In this document: positions 53,436 to 64,000 of the stretch, piece by piece | How the letters are laid out: each line of letters starts with the position of its first letter | How positions within the stretch are numbered: the stretch's first letter is position 1 | Origin: Limnochordia bacterium | Lineage (GTDB): Bacteria; Bacillota; Limnochordia; DTU080 | Direction: 5' to 3' | Assembly (NCBI GenBank): GCA_050951545.1 | Contig: JBMNJG010000012.1 | Location: forward strand, 224,001 to 288,000 | Length of the DNA stretch: 64,000 nt | Notes under the pieces: generated by a model | What the model was told of the DNA's origin: nothing | The model's input: the letters and a program-made list of their open reading frames with translations, nothing else | Databases searched by the model: none | Translations under genes and position numbers: made by a program

Positions 53436-55103
53436 TCACAGCGACATAATGACGTTTCGTCCAGCCGTCGAAGTGTCGGAGGGCTTGAGGAGAACCTCCT
53501 TGAGAAGCTCGTGGATTTGCGACACCGGTTTGATCTCCATGTCGGAACTGGACATCGCTGAGAAGCTCTGCTGCCAGTTCTCCTGGGGAATGATGCATCG
53601 CCGGACACCAGCCAGTCGAGCCGCCTCTAGCTTCGCTACAATGCCACCGACTGGTCGAATCAGACCTCGTATTGAGACCTCGCCCGTCATGGCTACCTCG
53701 TTGTCGATAGGCGTTTGCGTGATAGCTGAGTAGATGGCGGTGACCATGGTCACTCCCGCCGACGGACCATCGATGGGAATCCCTCCGGGAAAGTTGACAT
53801 GAATGTCAAAATCTTGGGGACGTAACCTCAGACTTCCACGTAGCACTGTGATGACATTGTCCACGGAGCTGCGAGCGGCGCTTCGCCGGCGCAGTGTTAC
53901 CCCAAGTCCGCCCCCCATCTCCTCCTCTTCCATTACGCCAGTAATCGTCATCTGTCCGTGACCCACCTCTGTAGCAATGGCTGAAGCTTCTACCTCGATT
54001 ACCGTACCTTGATTGGGACCATAGACCGCTAACCCATTGACGCAACCGATCTGAGGACTGGATGGTACCCGTCTATCTTGACGGGGCTGGTACTGACTGG
54101 CGTTGACTACCCACTCTACATCGGCTTGCCTGATCTCCTTGCGGTTTTCCGTCAGCGCCAGTCCACCAGCGATCTGTACAATGTTGACCGCTTCGCGACC
54201 ATTGGTGGCATAGGTGGCGACCACGTCTAGAGCCGGCGCGTGCATCTGCAGACCGATTTTCGTGGCTGCATTGTGAGCAATCACTACTATCTCATCGCGC
54301 CTGAGGGAGCGAAAGAAAACCTCCACGCAGCGTGAACGGATAGCTGGTGGAATCTCGTGCGGCAGACGAGTGGTCGCCCCCACGAGACGAAAGTCTGCAG
54401 GTAGTCCTCGCTGAAACATTTCGTGAATGTGCGGGGGGATGTTGGGATCCTCAGAGCTATAGTATGCGCTTTCCAGGAACACTTTGCGGTCCTCGAGGAC
54501 TTTCAGGAGCTTGTTCATCTGGATGGGGTGCAACTCGCCGATCTCGTCAAGGAAAAGAACTCCTCCATGCGCCTTGGTCACTGCCCCAGGTTTGGGCTGG
54601 GGGATCCCTGCTATTCCCAAAGGGCCAGCCCCTTGGTAGATGGGATCGTGTACAGACCCCATAAGCGGGTCAGCGATGCCCCTATCGTCAAAACGGGACG
54701 TGGTGGCGTCGATCTCAACGAACTTGGCGGACGTGGAGAACGGCGAGAGTGGGTTTCTTTTGGCCTCTTCAAGCACGAGACGAGCCACAGCTGTCTTTCC
54801 TATGCCAGGGGGGCCGTAGATGAGGACGTGCTGCGGGTTGGGTCCACATAACGCAGCCCGCAGCGCTTTGAGGCCCTCTTCTTGTCCAACGATCTCGTCA
54901 AATGATACTGGCCGTGTCCGTTCGGACAACGGTTCGGTGAGAGAAACTGATTTTAGCTTGTGTAGCCGCTCCAGCTCCCTGCGTGACTCGCGGTCGATGG
55001 CTGATTTGTTGCCCTGTTGCGAACGCAGCAGATTCCAGAAATACAGACCGATCACGACAGCGAAAAAGAAGTTCACTAATCCAAAGATGCCCATCATATC
55101 CAC
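53436..55103 (-). CDS. lonB: Sporulation ATP-dependent protease LonB
   Basis: N-terminal TM NFFFAVVIGLYFWNLL, GPNPQHV..YGPPGIGKT, DGPSAG (Ser) and PVGGIVAK (Lys). Confidence 0.95.
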   Translation of the reverse strand: MDMMGIFGLVNFFFAVVIGLYFWNLLRSQQGNKSAIDRESRRELERLHKLKSVSLTEPLSERTRPVSFDEIVGQEEGLKALRAALCGPNPQHVLIYGPPGIGKTAVARLVLEEAKRNPLSPFSTSAKFVEIDATTSRFDDRGIADPLMGSVHDPIYQGAGPLGIAGIPQPKPGAVTKAHGGVLFLDEIGELHPIQMNKLLKVLEDRKVFLESAYYSSEDPNIPPHIHEMFQRGLPADFRLVGATTRLPHEIPPAIRSRCVEVFFRSLRRDEIVVIAHNAATKIGLQMHAPALDVVATYATNGREAVNIVQIAGGLALTENRKEIRQADVEWVVNASQYQPRQDRRVPSSPQIGCVNGLAVYGPNQGTVIEVEASAIATEVGHGQMTITGVMEEEEMGGGLGVTLRRRSAARSSVDNVITVLRGSLRLRPQDFDIHVNFPGGIPIDGPSAGVTMVTAIYSAITQTPIDNEVAMTGEVSIRGLIRPVGGIVAKLEAARLAGVRRCIIPQENWQQSFSAMSSSDMEIKPVSQIHELLKEVLLKPSDTSTAGRNVIMSL

Positions 55104-55184
55104 AGCCCCCAGCCCCCTGACGCATCAAGCTTTGGTTCTAGTATGGGCCCAGGGGGCTGCGAATAATCTCAGACGGAGCGTTTT

Positions 55185-58056
55185 CTACTGCTCTACAGCG
55201 AGGTTGATCACTCCGTTCGCGTAGCTCCAATGTGAGGCAGCAAGCTTCACTCCGTTGACAAGCACCTCTTCAGGAGCATCGGTCGCGGTAAGATCAACAT
55301 GGATCTTGTCGCTGGCTGGTATCTGCAGGCTCAGTACCCGAGAACCTTTCTCATCTGACTCCCAGGCCACCCCAATGTCAACCGGAGAATCGGAGCTAAA
55401 GATTGGACGTCCCCCTTCATGAATTCTGGTTGCGCCAATGGCCATGAAGGCGTCATCGCTCCATGCAATAGCAGCGGCATCAGTGGCGTAACCTGCGACT
55501 TCCATCATGCCTCTGATCGTCGCGAAATGCAACGACTTGCTCAGCGTCGCCAACTCGTATCTTGGCTGCATAGCCGTTGATTGCTGCCAGCGCAGCTACA
55601 GTTGGTGCCGCGGCTGCAAATTCAGCCCTTGGGCGAGGTATCATGATGGTGAAAAAGCGTCCGACGCCATCTGCAGTCTCGGAGTTGGCAGTCAAGTGCC
55701 ATTGCAGTGCCTTTCCTGCATCCCTGTCTTCAGGGAGAACCGTGAACTGATCCGTCTGTGAAATCTCCAGGCCTTTTGGGGTAACGAAGTACGTCCACAT
55801 CTCCGCTGTATCGGCCGGGACTCGGACACGCTGAGCATGTGCGTCGATCTCCATCTCCTGCTGCGTATGCAACAGCCAGTCATAGGTGGCTGGGCGACCA
55901 GCCTCCAGCTGGTCAAAGATCGCGATAACACCAGGCTTGATGAACCACAGGTGACGCCAGAAACGCTTGACCCTACCCTGGTATGCTTGTGTGGCATCCC
56001 CTAACACATAGTCAAACTGCGGGCCAAAAGAGGCCGCCCTGATATCTCCTTTGGCGTTGATACTCTGGACGCCCTGGCCCACACCGTCCACCAGAATCGT
56101 GTTCTTCGAACGGCTTTCCCAGGTCCATGTCTTGTGGTGAGGACTGCCATACCACGGATAGTAACCGGAGGAGATAGCAAGAGGTGAACCGTATGCTTCG
56201 ATCATGAAGCTGTTCTGTTCTGCATGGCTGTGGTTAAAGGAACCGTAGGGACTGCTCTTGAATTTCACATGCACATTGTTCTTAGAGTCGCTCATGTCAA
56301 TGTTCATCAACGCCCAACCAACATCCGCAAAAAGCCGAGACTGTGGGAAGTTCTCCGGGATTTCTGGAGATATCATGGCCTCGACCGACTCAGGCGCCCA
56401 GACATACCCACGGAAATCCTTCATAGGTAGCGCTGGCACTCTGCCCATGCCAGTGATCTCATGTACGTACCATTGAAGGGCCGGGTCTTTGTGGAGTTGC
56501 GCAAAGCGGCCGACAACCAAGGCAGCACCCTGACCTGGTGGTCCGTCGGCGTGATCGCCAAAAGCCCCGAATTTACTCTTGGGCGGATGAGCATACAGTT
56601 TGAAGTAGGCGGTGTTTCGGAAGAAGGGTTTTTCAGCTAGATTCAGTCCCGTAGCAGTGTGCAGGGCGTCCAGGAACTCTAGGACCCACGAAATGTACGA
56701 CTGCCAGTAGCTGACGCCCTGAGACCACCCACCTTCATCGCCACCAAAGGCGGGATACTTGAACAGGAAAAGCCCGACGATGTAGTCAAACCAGATCTCT
56801 GCTTCAGGGAAGTCGCCCATGAAGGCGATCGCTGCTTGGCCAAGAAAACCCATCGTTCGTACCAGGTGGTTATCGAGCAGTGTGTTCTCGAAGCCAGTAC
56901 GACGCATCGCCCGGTAGACATCGTTGCCGCGCTCCCGAATGCACTCTTGGACCAGGGCTCTTTCTTTGGGGCTTAACACTGGGTGAAGCCAGTCATAGGC
57001 TCGGCTCATGCTATACAACAGGCGCATCGACACCTCATCGTTGATAGAACGGCTGCTTGTTCCACTCGGGTCCCAGTTAGCTACATGCAGTAGAAGCTTC
57101 TTGCCTGCATCAGCATAGCGCTGCTCGCCAGATATCAGGAATCCGAAGGCCAGAGCATCTAGGTTTTGGACAACACTTGATGCGATAGTGATTCCTTCGC
57201 GCCATAGTGTGACGTCGAAGACGCGTTCAGGGTAACAGTTAGGCGGCTCTGGGGGTAATGGTGCCACTGAGCCTACGATGGCTTGAACATTGATCTCTTT
57301 CCAGACCATGTCAACAAGCAAGGAGCGCTTGCGTTTGTCGCGCAGATTCTGCAATGTCTCAGGACGCGCAAAAAGGCGTGGCCTTCCTTCGGGGATCTCT
57401 GCCCGAACCTCAGCTAGAGAGTGCACTCCCAAAGGCGCCTCTGAAAAGTCCCACTGCACCTGGGGTATGTTGGCGATACTCATTGGATCGGCCGCAGTGC
57501 CCTTCTCCGCTGCCTCCAGGGAGACCTCATCGTAGTAGGCCACCCCGGTATTGGCGAGATGAGCGTAGAGCAATAGTGTGATGCTCGTGGTCCCTTTGGG
57601 CGCCTGCTGAGCAATCTGGACGGGTGTCCATCCGCCTGTGGGTGAGGCCGATGCGATCCCTCTGTCGATGCGTTCGCCCTGATCGTCCCAGAACTCGAGA
57701 TAGAGTTGGCCAGACCCACTCTCCACGTATGCATGGACCTGTGCAGTGTAGATGAGGCCCTCTGTCGCTGGGATGGAGGCGCTACGCAGCCCGGCACTTA
57801 CTCGGTCGGAAGGATCATTAATGCAGATACTGTAACGGTCTTTGAAGGCTCGTTTGTCAGAAAGAGTGATCTCCCTGCCGTACTCCTTTACCGAGAACAA
57901 GGAGGGCCATCCAACCGGAAGGCCGTTGTCGGCGAGCCCGTCCTCAAAACTAGCGTTCGGCACATGAATGGGCTCAGCGAAAGCAAAGGCTGGAAAAAAC
58001 AAGCAAAGCACCAAGAACAGCTTGGTTAGTCTGGAGCAGGGACCAATCATGTACAT
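55185..58056 (-). CDS. Secreted CBM + DUF4962 + heparinase II/III-like polysaccharide lyase, with an apparent +1 frameshift near 55515
   Basis: Signal peptide, NASFEDG CBM-like start, RPRLF, DNH, GGWSQGVSYW, HSHAEQNSF and KNTILVDGVGQ. The C-terminal ORF 55185-55571 joins if one base is removed. Confidence 0.8.
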
Positions 58057-58135
58057 TCCTTCCCCTCGTGTTGAACTCAAGACAACACTTAGTCGGCATG
58101 GTAGCTTCTCCTGCGAGCAAGGAAAGCACTGCATG

Positions 58136-58167
58136 AAAAAGCGGCACCCGGGTTTCCCGGATGCCGC
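58136..58167 (-). terminator. Intrinsic terminator after clpX
   Basis: GCGGCATCCGGG-aaa-CCCGGGTGCCGC followed by TTTTT on the minus strand. Confidence 0.8.
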
Positions 58168-58181
58168 CATTGAGCCTGTTC

Positions 58182-59438
58182 TCAAGCTGTCTCTTCTTTC
58201 TCTTTTCGGTCCACACGAATCAGTCGCGGTTTTTCGGTACCGGCAATGGCTTCCTTTGTGACAATGCAGCGTTTGACCTTGTCGTCAGACGGTATATCGA
58301 ACATAATCTCCATCATGTTCTCCTCAAAGATAGACCGCAGTCCTCGAGCTCCCGTCTTGCGGGCCATGGCCTGGATTGCTACTTCTCGCAATGCGTCCTC
58401 GTTAAACTCAAGCTCTACCCCGTCCATCTCAAACAGCTTCGTGAACTGCTTGACGAGGGCGTTTTTGGGCTCGACAAGAATGCGTACCAAAGCCTCTTCG
58501 TCTAGCGCATCCAATGCGACCACGACTGGCAGACGTCCGATGAACTCAGGAATCAACCCGTACCGGAGGAGATCCTCAGGCATCACTTGACGAAGCAGAT
58601 CTCCAATCTGCTTTTCCTGCCGAGTCTTCACTTCTGCGCCAAAGCCCATAGACCTGTGTCCGACGCGACGCTCGATGACCTTCTCCAGACCATCGAAGGC
58701 ACCGCCGCAGATGAACAGGATGCTGGCCGTGTCGATCTGGATGAACTCCTGATGAGGGTGCTTGCGTCCACCTTGAGGAGGTACACTTGCCAAAGTTCCT
58801 TCGAGGATCTTGAGCAAAGCTTGCTGTACGCCTTCTCCAGACACATCGCGTGTAATGGAGGGGTTTTCCGATTTCCTCGCTATCTTATCCACTTCATCAA
58901 TGTAGACGATACCCTTCTCAGCGCGCTCAACATCGTATTCGGCCGCCTGAATGAGCTTGAGAAGGATGTTCTCGACGTCTTCGCCGACGTAACCAGCCTC
59001 AGTAAGGGACGTAGCATCCGCAATGGCAAAAGGTACATTGAGGATGCGCGCTAGCGTCTGGGCCAATAGTGTCTTGCCACACCCTGTAGGACCCAGAAGC
59101 AGAATATTGCTCTTCTGTAACTCGATGTCATCGACACGAGCACCGGAATTGATGCGCTTGTAGTGGTTGTAGACAGCGACGGAGAGTGTCTTCTTGGCCT
59201 CTTCCTGGCCGATCACATACTGATCTAGTATGCTCTTGATCTCCTTTGGTTTGGGCACACTGCCAAGATCCACGTCGACATCTTCGTTGAGCTCTTCTTC
59301 AATGATCTCGTTACACAGCTCGATACACTCATCGCAGATATAGACGCCGGGACCGGCTATCAGCTTCTTGACTTGCTCCTGGACTTTGCCACAGAAGGAG
59401 CATTTCAGCTGGCCTTTTTCATCGCCAAACTTGAACAC
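58182..59438 (-). CDS. clpX: ATP-dependent Clp protease ATPase subunit ClpX
   Basis: CSFCGK zinc finger, [18 protein letters not shown] and GRKHP motifs. Confidence 0.98.
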   Translation of the reverse strand: MFKFGDEKGQLKCSFCGKVQEQVKKLIAGPGVYICDECIELCNEIIEEELNEDVDVDLGSVPKPKEIKSILDQYVIGQEEAKKTLSVAVYNHYKRINSGARVDDIELQKSNILLLGPTGCGKTLLAQTLARILNVPFAIADATSLTEAGYVGEDVENILLKLIQAAEYDVERAEKGIVYIDEVDKIARKSENPSITRDVSGEGVQQALLKILEGTLASVPPQGGRKHPHQEFIQIDTASILFICGGAFDGLEKVIERRVGHRSMGFGAEVKTRQEKQIGDLLRQVMPEDLLRYGLIPEFIGRLPVVVALDALDEEALVRILVEPKNALVKQFTKLFEMDGVELEFNEDALREVAIQAMARKTGARGLRSIFEENMMEIMFDIPSDDKVKRCIVTKEAIAGTEKPRLIRVDRKEKEETA

Positions 59439-59454
59439 CTCATCACCTCTTGGA

Positions 59455-60054
59455 TCAAGCTTCCGGCGCTCTGGAACTGCGCAGTACGTCGTCGATCAAT
59501 CCGTATGCAACCGCTTCCTCGGCTGACATATAGTAGTTGCGGTCGGTGTCTTGCTGTACCATCTCTACTGACCGCCCTGTATGGTTAGCGATAATCTCGT
59601 TGGCTATGCTCTTCAGCCTTAGTATCTCCCGAGCCTCGATCTCTACCTCTTTGGCCTGACCCTGGGCACCACCCATGGGTTGGTGGATCATGATCCTCGA
59701 ATAGGGCAGCGCTTTACGCTTCCCCTTTGCACCCGCTGTAAGCAGTATGGCAGCCATGCTTGCAGCCATACCCACGCAAAATGTGGCTACGTCGGGCCTA
59801 ATGTACTGTATCGTATCGTAAATGGCTAATCCGGCGTACACCAACCCACCAGGGCTGTTGATGTATAAGATAACGTCTTTCTCCGGATCTTCCGCCTCTA
59901 AGAAAAGCATCTGGGCGATAACCAGGTTAGCCACGTCATCATCAATGAGGCCTCCGAGGAAGATGATGCGCTCTTTGAGCAGGCGGGAATATATGTCGTA
60001 GGCACGCTCGCCCCGATTCGTCTGCTCAACAACCATGGGTATAAGCGCACTCAT
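59455..60054 (-). CDS. clpP: Clp protease proteolytic subunit
   Basis: [23 protein letters not shown] and MIHQP motifs. Confidence 0.98.
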   Translation of the reverse strand: MSALIPMVVEQTNRGERAYDIYSRLLKERIIFLGGLIDDDVANLVIAQMLFLEAEDPEKDVILYINSPGGLVYAGLAIYDTIQYIRPDVATFCVGMAASMAAILLTAGAKGKRKALPYSRIMIHQPMGGAQGQAKEVEIEAREILRLKSIANEIIANHTGRSVEMVQQDTDRNYYMSAEEAVAYGLIDDVLRSSRAPEA

Positions 60055-60099
60055 AGATCCTCATCCTTCCATTTCGGTCTCTATCTTGCGTTCTTAGGC

Positions 60100-61440
60100 C
60101 TACTCGGTCGCACCAGTCGTTGATTCAGGATCGGCCTCGCCAATACCATCCACGAGCTTCTCAGTGATAACGGCATTGTCCACAAGAAACTGAACGGCCT
60201 TACCTACACGGACATCCTGTTGAAGCGCATCGCGCCGTGCGGGTTCCTCATAATATGCGCGGATCTCCTCTGCTCTATCAGTCGCCTGTAGGGCCCACTC
60301 CTCCACGCGTTCGTCTAGTTCTTCTGAGGTTGCCGTGATCCCTTCTTTGTCAGCGATGGCCTCCAACACCAGCCTACGCCGCACGTGCTCCTCTGCCTCG
60401 GGCTTGTACTGCTCCATGAGAGAATCAACGTATTCAGTGGTCAGTAGTGGCCTCGGGTCGATGCCCTGAGCAGCCAGACTCATCGCACCGTCATTGATCA
60501 TGTCCCTTGCTCGCCGTTCGATCAGCAGATCGGGGATCTCGAGCTCAGCTTGTTTGCTTGCTTCGCCAATGAGAGTATTGCGCATCTGCCCATCAGCTTC
60601 GCGTTGCGCTTCTTTTTCCAAGCTTGCTCGAATGTCAGCTCGCAGCTCATCCAGGGTATCGAAGGTGCTGATGTCTTTGGCAAACTCATCGTCAAGCTCG
60701 GGCACCTGTCGCTCCTTGACCTCGTGAACCTCTACGTGAAGAAGAGCCTCTTTCCCAGCGAGTTCACCAAACCTGTCGGGCAGTGCGACCCTTACTTCGC
60801 GTGTCTCGCCAGGCTGAGCTCCGACCAATCCGTCGCTCAGACCCGGAAAGAGATTGTCCTCGCCAATGGCGACAAGTGTATCCTTGCCTGCTCCGCCCGA
60901 AAAAGGCTCCCCGTCCACGAGGCCGGAATAGTCGATCGTGGCATAGTGGCCAACTTCCAGAGCGGTGTCCTCACAGCTCACTAGCTGCGCCTGCTCCTGA
61001 CGAAAACGTTCTAGCACCGCTTCGACATCCGCATCGGTGGGCTGATTGACAATACGTTCTACGGCTAGGCCCTTGTAGCCATGCAAGATGACCTCTGGCT
61101 TGACCTCAACTTCTGCTCGTAGCCTCAGCGCTTCGTGAGCCACATATTCCTCCGCTAAATCCACGCTGGCCACACTAATCGGCTCAATGCCTGTCTCTGC
61201 GACAGCCTCTTGGAAGACATCAGGCCATAGCAGGTCTACAGCCTCCTGGACCAGCGTTTCTGTGCCAAGGCGCCGTTCCAGAACCGAGCGAGGGACGCGC
61301 CCGCGCCGAAATCCCGGGACTGAAAACCGCTGTGCCAAGCGCCGATGTGCTTGCTGCAACGCTTTCTCGACACGGGGCTCCTCGATCTCAATATGCAGGG
61401 ACACCCGGTTTCTCTCGCGCTTCTCTACTGTGGCCTTCAT
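60100..61440 (-). CDS. tig: Trigger factor
   Basis: VPGFRRGRVP ribosome-binding motif, FKBP domain and ELDDEFAK; tig-clpP-clpX order. Confidence 0.96.
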   Translation of the reverse strand: MKATVEKRERNRVSLHIEIEEPRVEKALQQAHRRLAQRFSVPGFRRGRVPRSVLERRLGTETLVQEAVDLLWPDVFQEAVAETGIEPISVASVDLAEEYVAHEALRLRAEVEVKPEVILHGYKGLAVERIVNQPTDADVEAVLERFRQEQAQLVSCEDTALEVGHYATIDYSGLVDGEPFSGGAGKDTLVAIGEDNLFPGLSDGLVGAQPGETREVRVALPDRFGELAGKEALLHVEVHEVKERQVPELDDEFAKDISTFDTLDELRADIRASLEKEAQREADGQMRNTLIGEASKQAELEIPDLLIERRARDMINDGAMSLAAQGIDPRPLLTTEYVDSLMEQYKPEAEEHVRRRLVLEAIADKEGITATSEELDERVEEWALQATDRAEEIRAYYEEPARRDALQQDVRVGKAVQFLVDNAVITEKLVDGIGEADPESTTGATE

Positions 61441-61558
61441 CGATGTAAAGCTCCTTCCAGCGTGCAGGTTCGCACTGGGGTGGTAAGCTTCCCCAATAAG
61501 ATGCTAGAAAACACCAGCTACACAAGCAAGAGGGGCCGGGATGGCCCCTCAAGGCTCT

Positions 61559-61641
61559 TGGTGCGGGCGGAGAGATTTGAACTCTCACGGTTGCCCAACG
61601 GATCCTAAGTCCGTCGCGTCTGCCAGTTCCGCCACGCCCGC
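61559..61641 (-). tRNA. tRNA-Leu (TAG)
   Basis: GCGGGCG...CGCCCGCACCA; anticodon arm ACGGA-CTTAGGA-TCCGT. Confidence 0.95.
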
Positions 61642-61729
61642 TCAATGCCACGCCACTATTATGAGGTAATGTGCCGCAATAATCAAGGGCATAAAACTGG
61701 CGAGCCTGTTTTTGGGCCCGCCAGCGAAA

Positions 61730-61807
61730 TGGGGTGAGCGATGGGAGTTGAACCCACGGCCTCCAGGGCCACAACCTGGCGCTCTAACCAACTGAGCTAC
61801 GCCCACC
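61730..61807 (-). tRNA. tRNA-His (GTG)
   Basis: G-1 present; anticodon arm CCAGG-TTGTGGC-CCTGG; CCA end. Confidence 0.95.
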
Positions 61808-61821
61808 ATGATGCACTTGTT

Positions 61822-61897
61822 TGGCGCGCCTGGGAGGATTCGAACCCCCGGCCAAGAGCTTAGAAGGCTCCTGCTCTTTCCCCTGAGCTACAGGCGC
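61822..61897 (-). tRNA. tRNA-Arg (TCT)
   Basis: GCGCCTG...; anticodon loop CT-TCT-AA; CCA end. Confidence 0.95.
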
Positions 61898-61903
61898 TTG
61901 ACA

Positions 61904-61977
<74 letters not shown>

Positions 61978-62124
61978 ATCGCAGGACCCATTATACAGGT
62001 AACAGCCGCCTTATGCAAGGGACAGAGGACACAGCTGTAATTGTACCCGGAAACCAGGCCTTCGTCAAGCAAAACGATCGATGCCGAGGCCAGCCTATGC
62101 CATACGCAGATCGCCTCAGATCAC

Positions 62125-62154
62125 AAAAGGCCCGTGGGCAACCACGGGCCTTTT
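62125..62154. terminator. Intrinsic terminator after tRNA-Pro
   Basis: Perfect stem AAAAGGCCCGTGG-gcaa-CCACGGGCCTTTT. Confidence 0.85.
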
Positions 62155-62156
62155 AG

Positions 62157-62234
62157 TGGTCGGGGCGGCGAGATTCGAACTCGCGGCCTCCTGCTCCCAA
62201 AGCAGGCGCGCTAGCCAAACTGCGCCACGCCCCG
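62157..62234 (-). tRNA. tRNA-Pro (TGG)
   Basis: CGGGGCG...; anticodon arm CCTGC-TTTGGGA-GCAGG; CCA end. Confidence 0.95.
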
Positions 62235-62286
62235 ATACAAATCGACTATACCACCTCAGTCGTCTGTGGTCAAGACATACATGCAA

Positions 62287-62889
62287 TCACCTATGCTCCA
62301 CCGAGCGTCTTCTGATGTACTCGTATGCTTGGGTCATGGCCCGAGCGCGATGGCTCACTCTGTTCTTGACCTCTGCAGGTACCTCCGCAAAGGTTGCGCC
62401 TAGCTCGAACGAGAAAAAGAGTGGATCGTAGCCAAAACCCGATGTACCGCGCGGCGCCTCTAGAATTCGGCCGTCATGTAGCCCGACGGTGGTCCAAGCG
62501 GGTTTGCCAGGGAGTACGATGGCTACCGCGCATACAAAGCGGGCGCTGCGCTTCTCGCTCGGCACACCCCGCAGCACCTCAATCAGTTTGGCTCGATTAC
62601 TGGCGTCGGTAGCCTTAGGACCCGAGAAACGGGATGAGTGCACACCCGGAGCTCCACCCAGAGCTGCCACCTCAAGGCCAGAATCGTCGGCTAGAGCGGC
62701 ATATCCTGTGAACGTGGCCACTGACTTTGCCTTGAGCAAGGCATTCTCGATAAAGGTAGTGCCCGTTTCGTCCACCTCGGGCACACCCGGAAATTCATCC
62801 AGGCTATGCACTTCAGCCACGTCGACTAGAAGTGATCTTAGCTCTGATATCTTATGCTCATTTCGTGACGCCAGGACGATTGCGAGCAG
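62287..62889 (-). CDS. rdgB: dITP/XTP pyrophosphatase (RdgB/Ham1); CTG start or fused to rph
   Basis: [28 protein letters not shown] and KNRVSHR. The conserved N-terminus [13 protein letters not shown] lies upstream of the tracked start, reachable in frame only from a CTG. Confidence 0.92.
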   Translation of the reverse strand: MLAIVLASRNEHKISELRSLLVDVAEVHSLDEFPGVPEVDETGTTFIENALLKAKSVATFTGYAALADDSGLEVAALGGAPGVHSSRFSGPKATDASNRAKLIEVLRGVPSEKRSARFVCAVAIVLPGKPAWTTVGLHDGRILEAPRGTSGFGYDPLFFSFELGATFAEVPAEVKNRVSHRARAMTQAYEYIRRRSVEHR

Positions 62890-63640
62890 GAATGCCGCCC
62901 CCTATCTTGGAAGTAATCGTTTCTCCGAGGGCTTCCTTCTGCAAGCGAATGAGGCGCTGGGCCCCGCCGGTAGCGAGATCAAGCATGCTCGCCAACTCAG
63001 ATTGGGTGAAAGGCCCGCCTTCACCAGTGCCCTGTACCTCGACAAAGCGCCCGCTACCTGTCATGATTACATTCATGTCAACAACTGCTGCGGAATCCTC
63101 CTCGTAGCACAGATCGAGCAGAGGAACGCCATCGAGGAGGCCAACACTGATGCCCGCAACGAAATCACCTAGGGGTAGCTTGTCCCAGCCTTTTTGGAGA
63201 GTCAGCTTGTCTAGAGCCAATGCTAGAGCGACGAAAGCACCAGTGACACTGGCAGTTCTGGTTCCGCCATCTGCCTGTATGACATCGCAGTCAACCCACA
63301 CAGTGTAGTCGGCCAGCTTATGAATGTCGGCCACTGCGCGCAAACTCCTGCCGATAAGACGCTGAATCTCCAGAGTGCGCCCTCCTTGCTTCCCGCGAGA
63401 GGCCTCCCGCTGATTACGTGTACAGGTGGCACGAGGCAGCATGCCGTATTCAGCGGTGATCCATCCTTGACCAGTTCCTCGAAGCCAGTAGGGTACCCGA
63501 TCCTCGAAGGAGACAGTGCACAAGACCCGGGTGTCGCCAGCTTCGACAAGAACGGAGCCCTCGGCATACTTCGTGTAGCCTGGCACTATCCGAAAAGGTC
63601 GCAGCTCATCGGCGGCACGACCATCGATACGTTTTGTCAT
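62858..63640 (-). CDS. rph: Ribonuclease PH
   Basis: [39 protein letters not shown] and EVQGTGE. ATG at 63640. Confidence 0.97.
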   Translation of the reverse strand: MTKRIDGRAADELRPFRIVPGYTKYAEGSVLVEAGDTRVLCTVSFEDRVPYWLRGTGQGWITAEYGMLPRATCTRNQREASRGKQGGRTLEIQRLIGRSLRAVADIHKLADYTVWVDCDVIQADGGTRTASVTGAFVALALALDKLTLQKGWDKLPLGDFVAGISVGLLDGVPLLDLCYEEDSAAVVDMNVIMTGSGRFVEVQGTGEGGPFTQSELASMLDLATGGAQRLIRLQKEALGETITSKIGGGIPARNRPGVTK

Positions 63641-63666
63641 GGAGAACCTCCCTAGTCTTGTTGCTT

Positions 63667-64000
63667 TCACGGGCGAGCTGTTATACGGGGTGCGACCAAC
63701 GTCCGCACAATCTCCCGAAATTGTACGCCACGTTCCTCGTAACTGCGAAACATGTCGTAACTGGCGCAGGCAGGTGAAAGAAGAATCGCATCGCCTCTAT
63801 CCGCGTAGCGTCTAGCCATGGCCACAGCCCCTGCCAAATCGTGAGTCTGCAAGATCGGGGGCGCGTCTCGGCCCATTCTGTCGGCGGCGTCACGAATCGC
63901 CGCAGCGATTTTCTCCTGAGTGGCCCCCAGAAGCACGACTGCCTTGGTCTTGCCCAGAGCAACTTCGGCCATCTCACCGAACGGCAGATGCTTGTCATAG
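63667..64000 (-). CDS. murD: UDP-N-acetylmuramoyl-L-alanine--D-glutamate ligase, C-terminal part
   Basis: YDKHLPF and [24 protein letters not shown]-terminal signature; truncated by the window end. Confidence 0.9.
   Translation of the reverse strand, partial: YDKHLPFGEMAEVALGKTKAVVLLGATQEKIAAAIRDAADRMGRDAPPILQTHDLAGAVAMARRYADRGDAILLSPACASYDMFRSYEERGVQFREIVRTLVAPRITARP

Overview
Core-chromosome window from a moderately GC-rich, spore-forming Bacillota genome (inferred from the SASP, Spo0A-family, LonB, YteA, TRAP, T-box and CIRCE content). Mostly minus-strand housekeeping blocks: rluA-lspA-yteA, ileS with an Ile T-box, CIRCE-groESL, polA-mutM-coaE-mgsA, murA-mtrB-accA-pfkA-pyk, sufC-D-S-U-idh, argF-rlmD, murD-rph-rdgB-tRNAs-tig-clpP-clpX-lonB, and 9 tRNA genes. 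Small accessory sets are interspersed (CadC/CadA metal efflux, a ROK/solute-binding-protein/hydrolase cluster, a secreted heparinase II/III-like lyase). No CRISPR array, integrase, transposase or phage gene was seen. Most notable: (1) a dispersed ~55-75 bp intergenic hairpin family with at least 5 copies, always oriented with the downstream gene and showing a compensatory base pair; (2) a Spo0A homologue with a changed DNA-recognition helix outside the usual spoIVB context; (3) an rph/rdgB junction that is either a CTG start or a masked fusion; (4) several apparent single-base-insertion frameshifts that may be sequencing errors. All calls come from reading the sequence and remembered family motifs; no searches were run.
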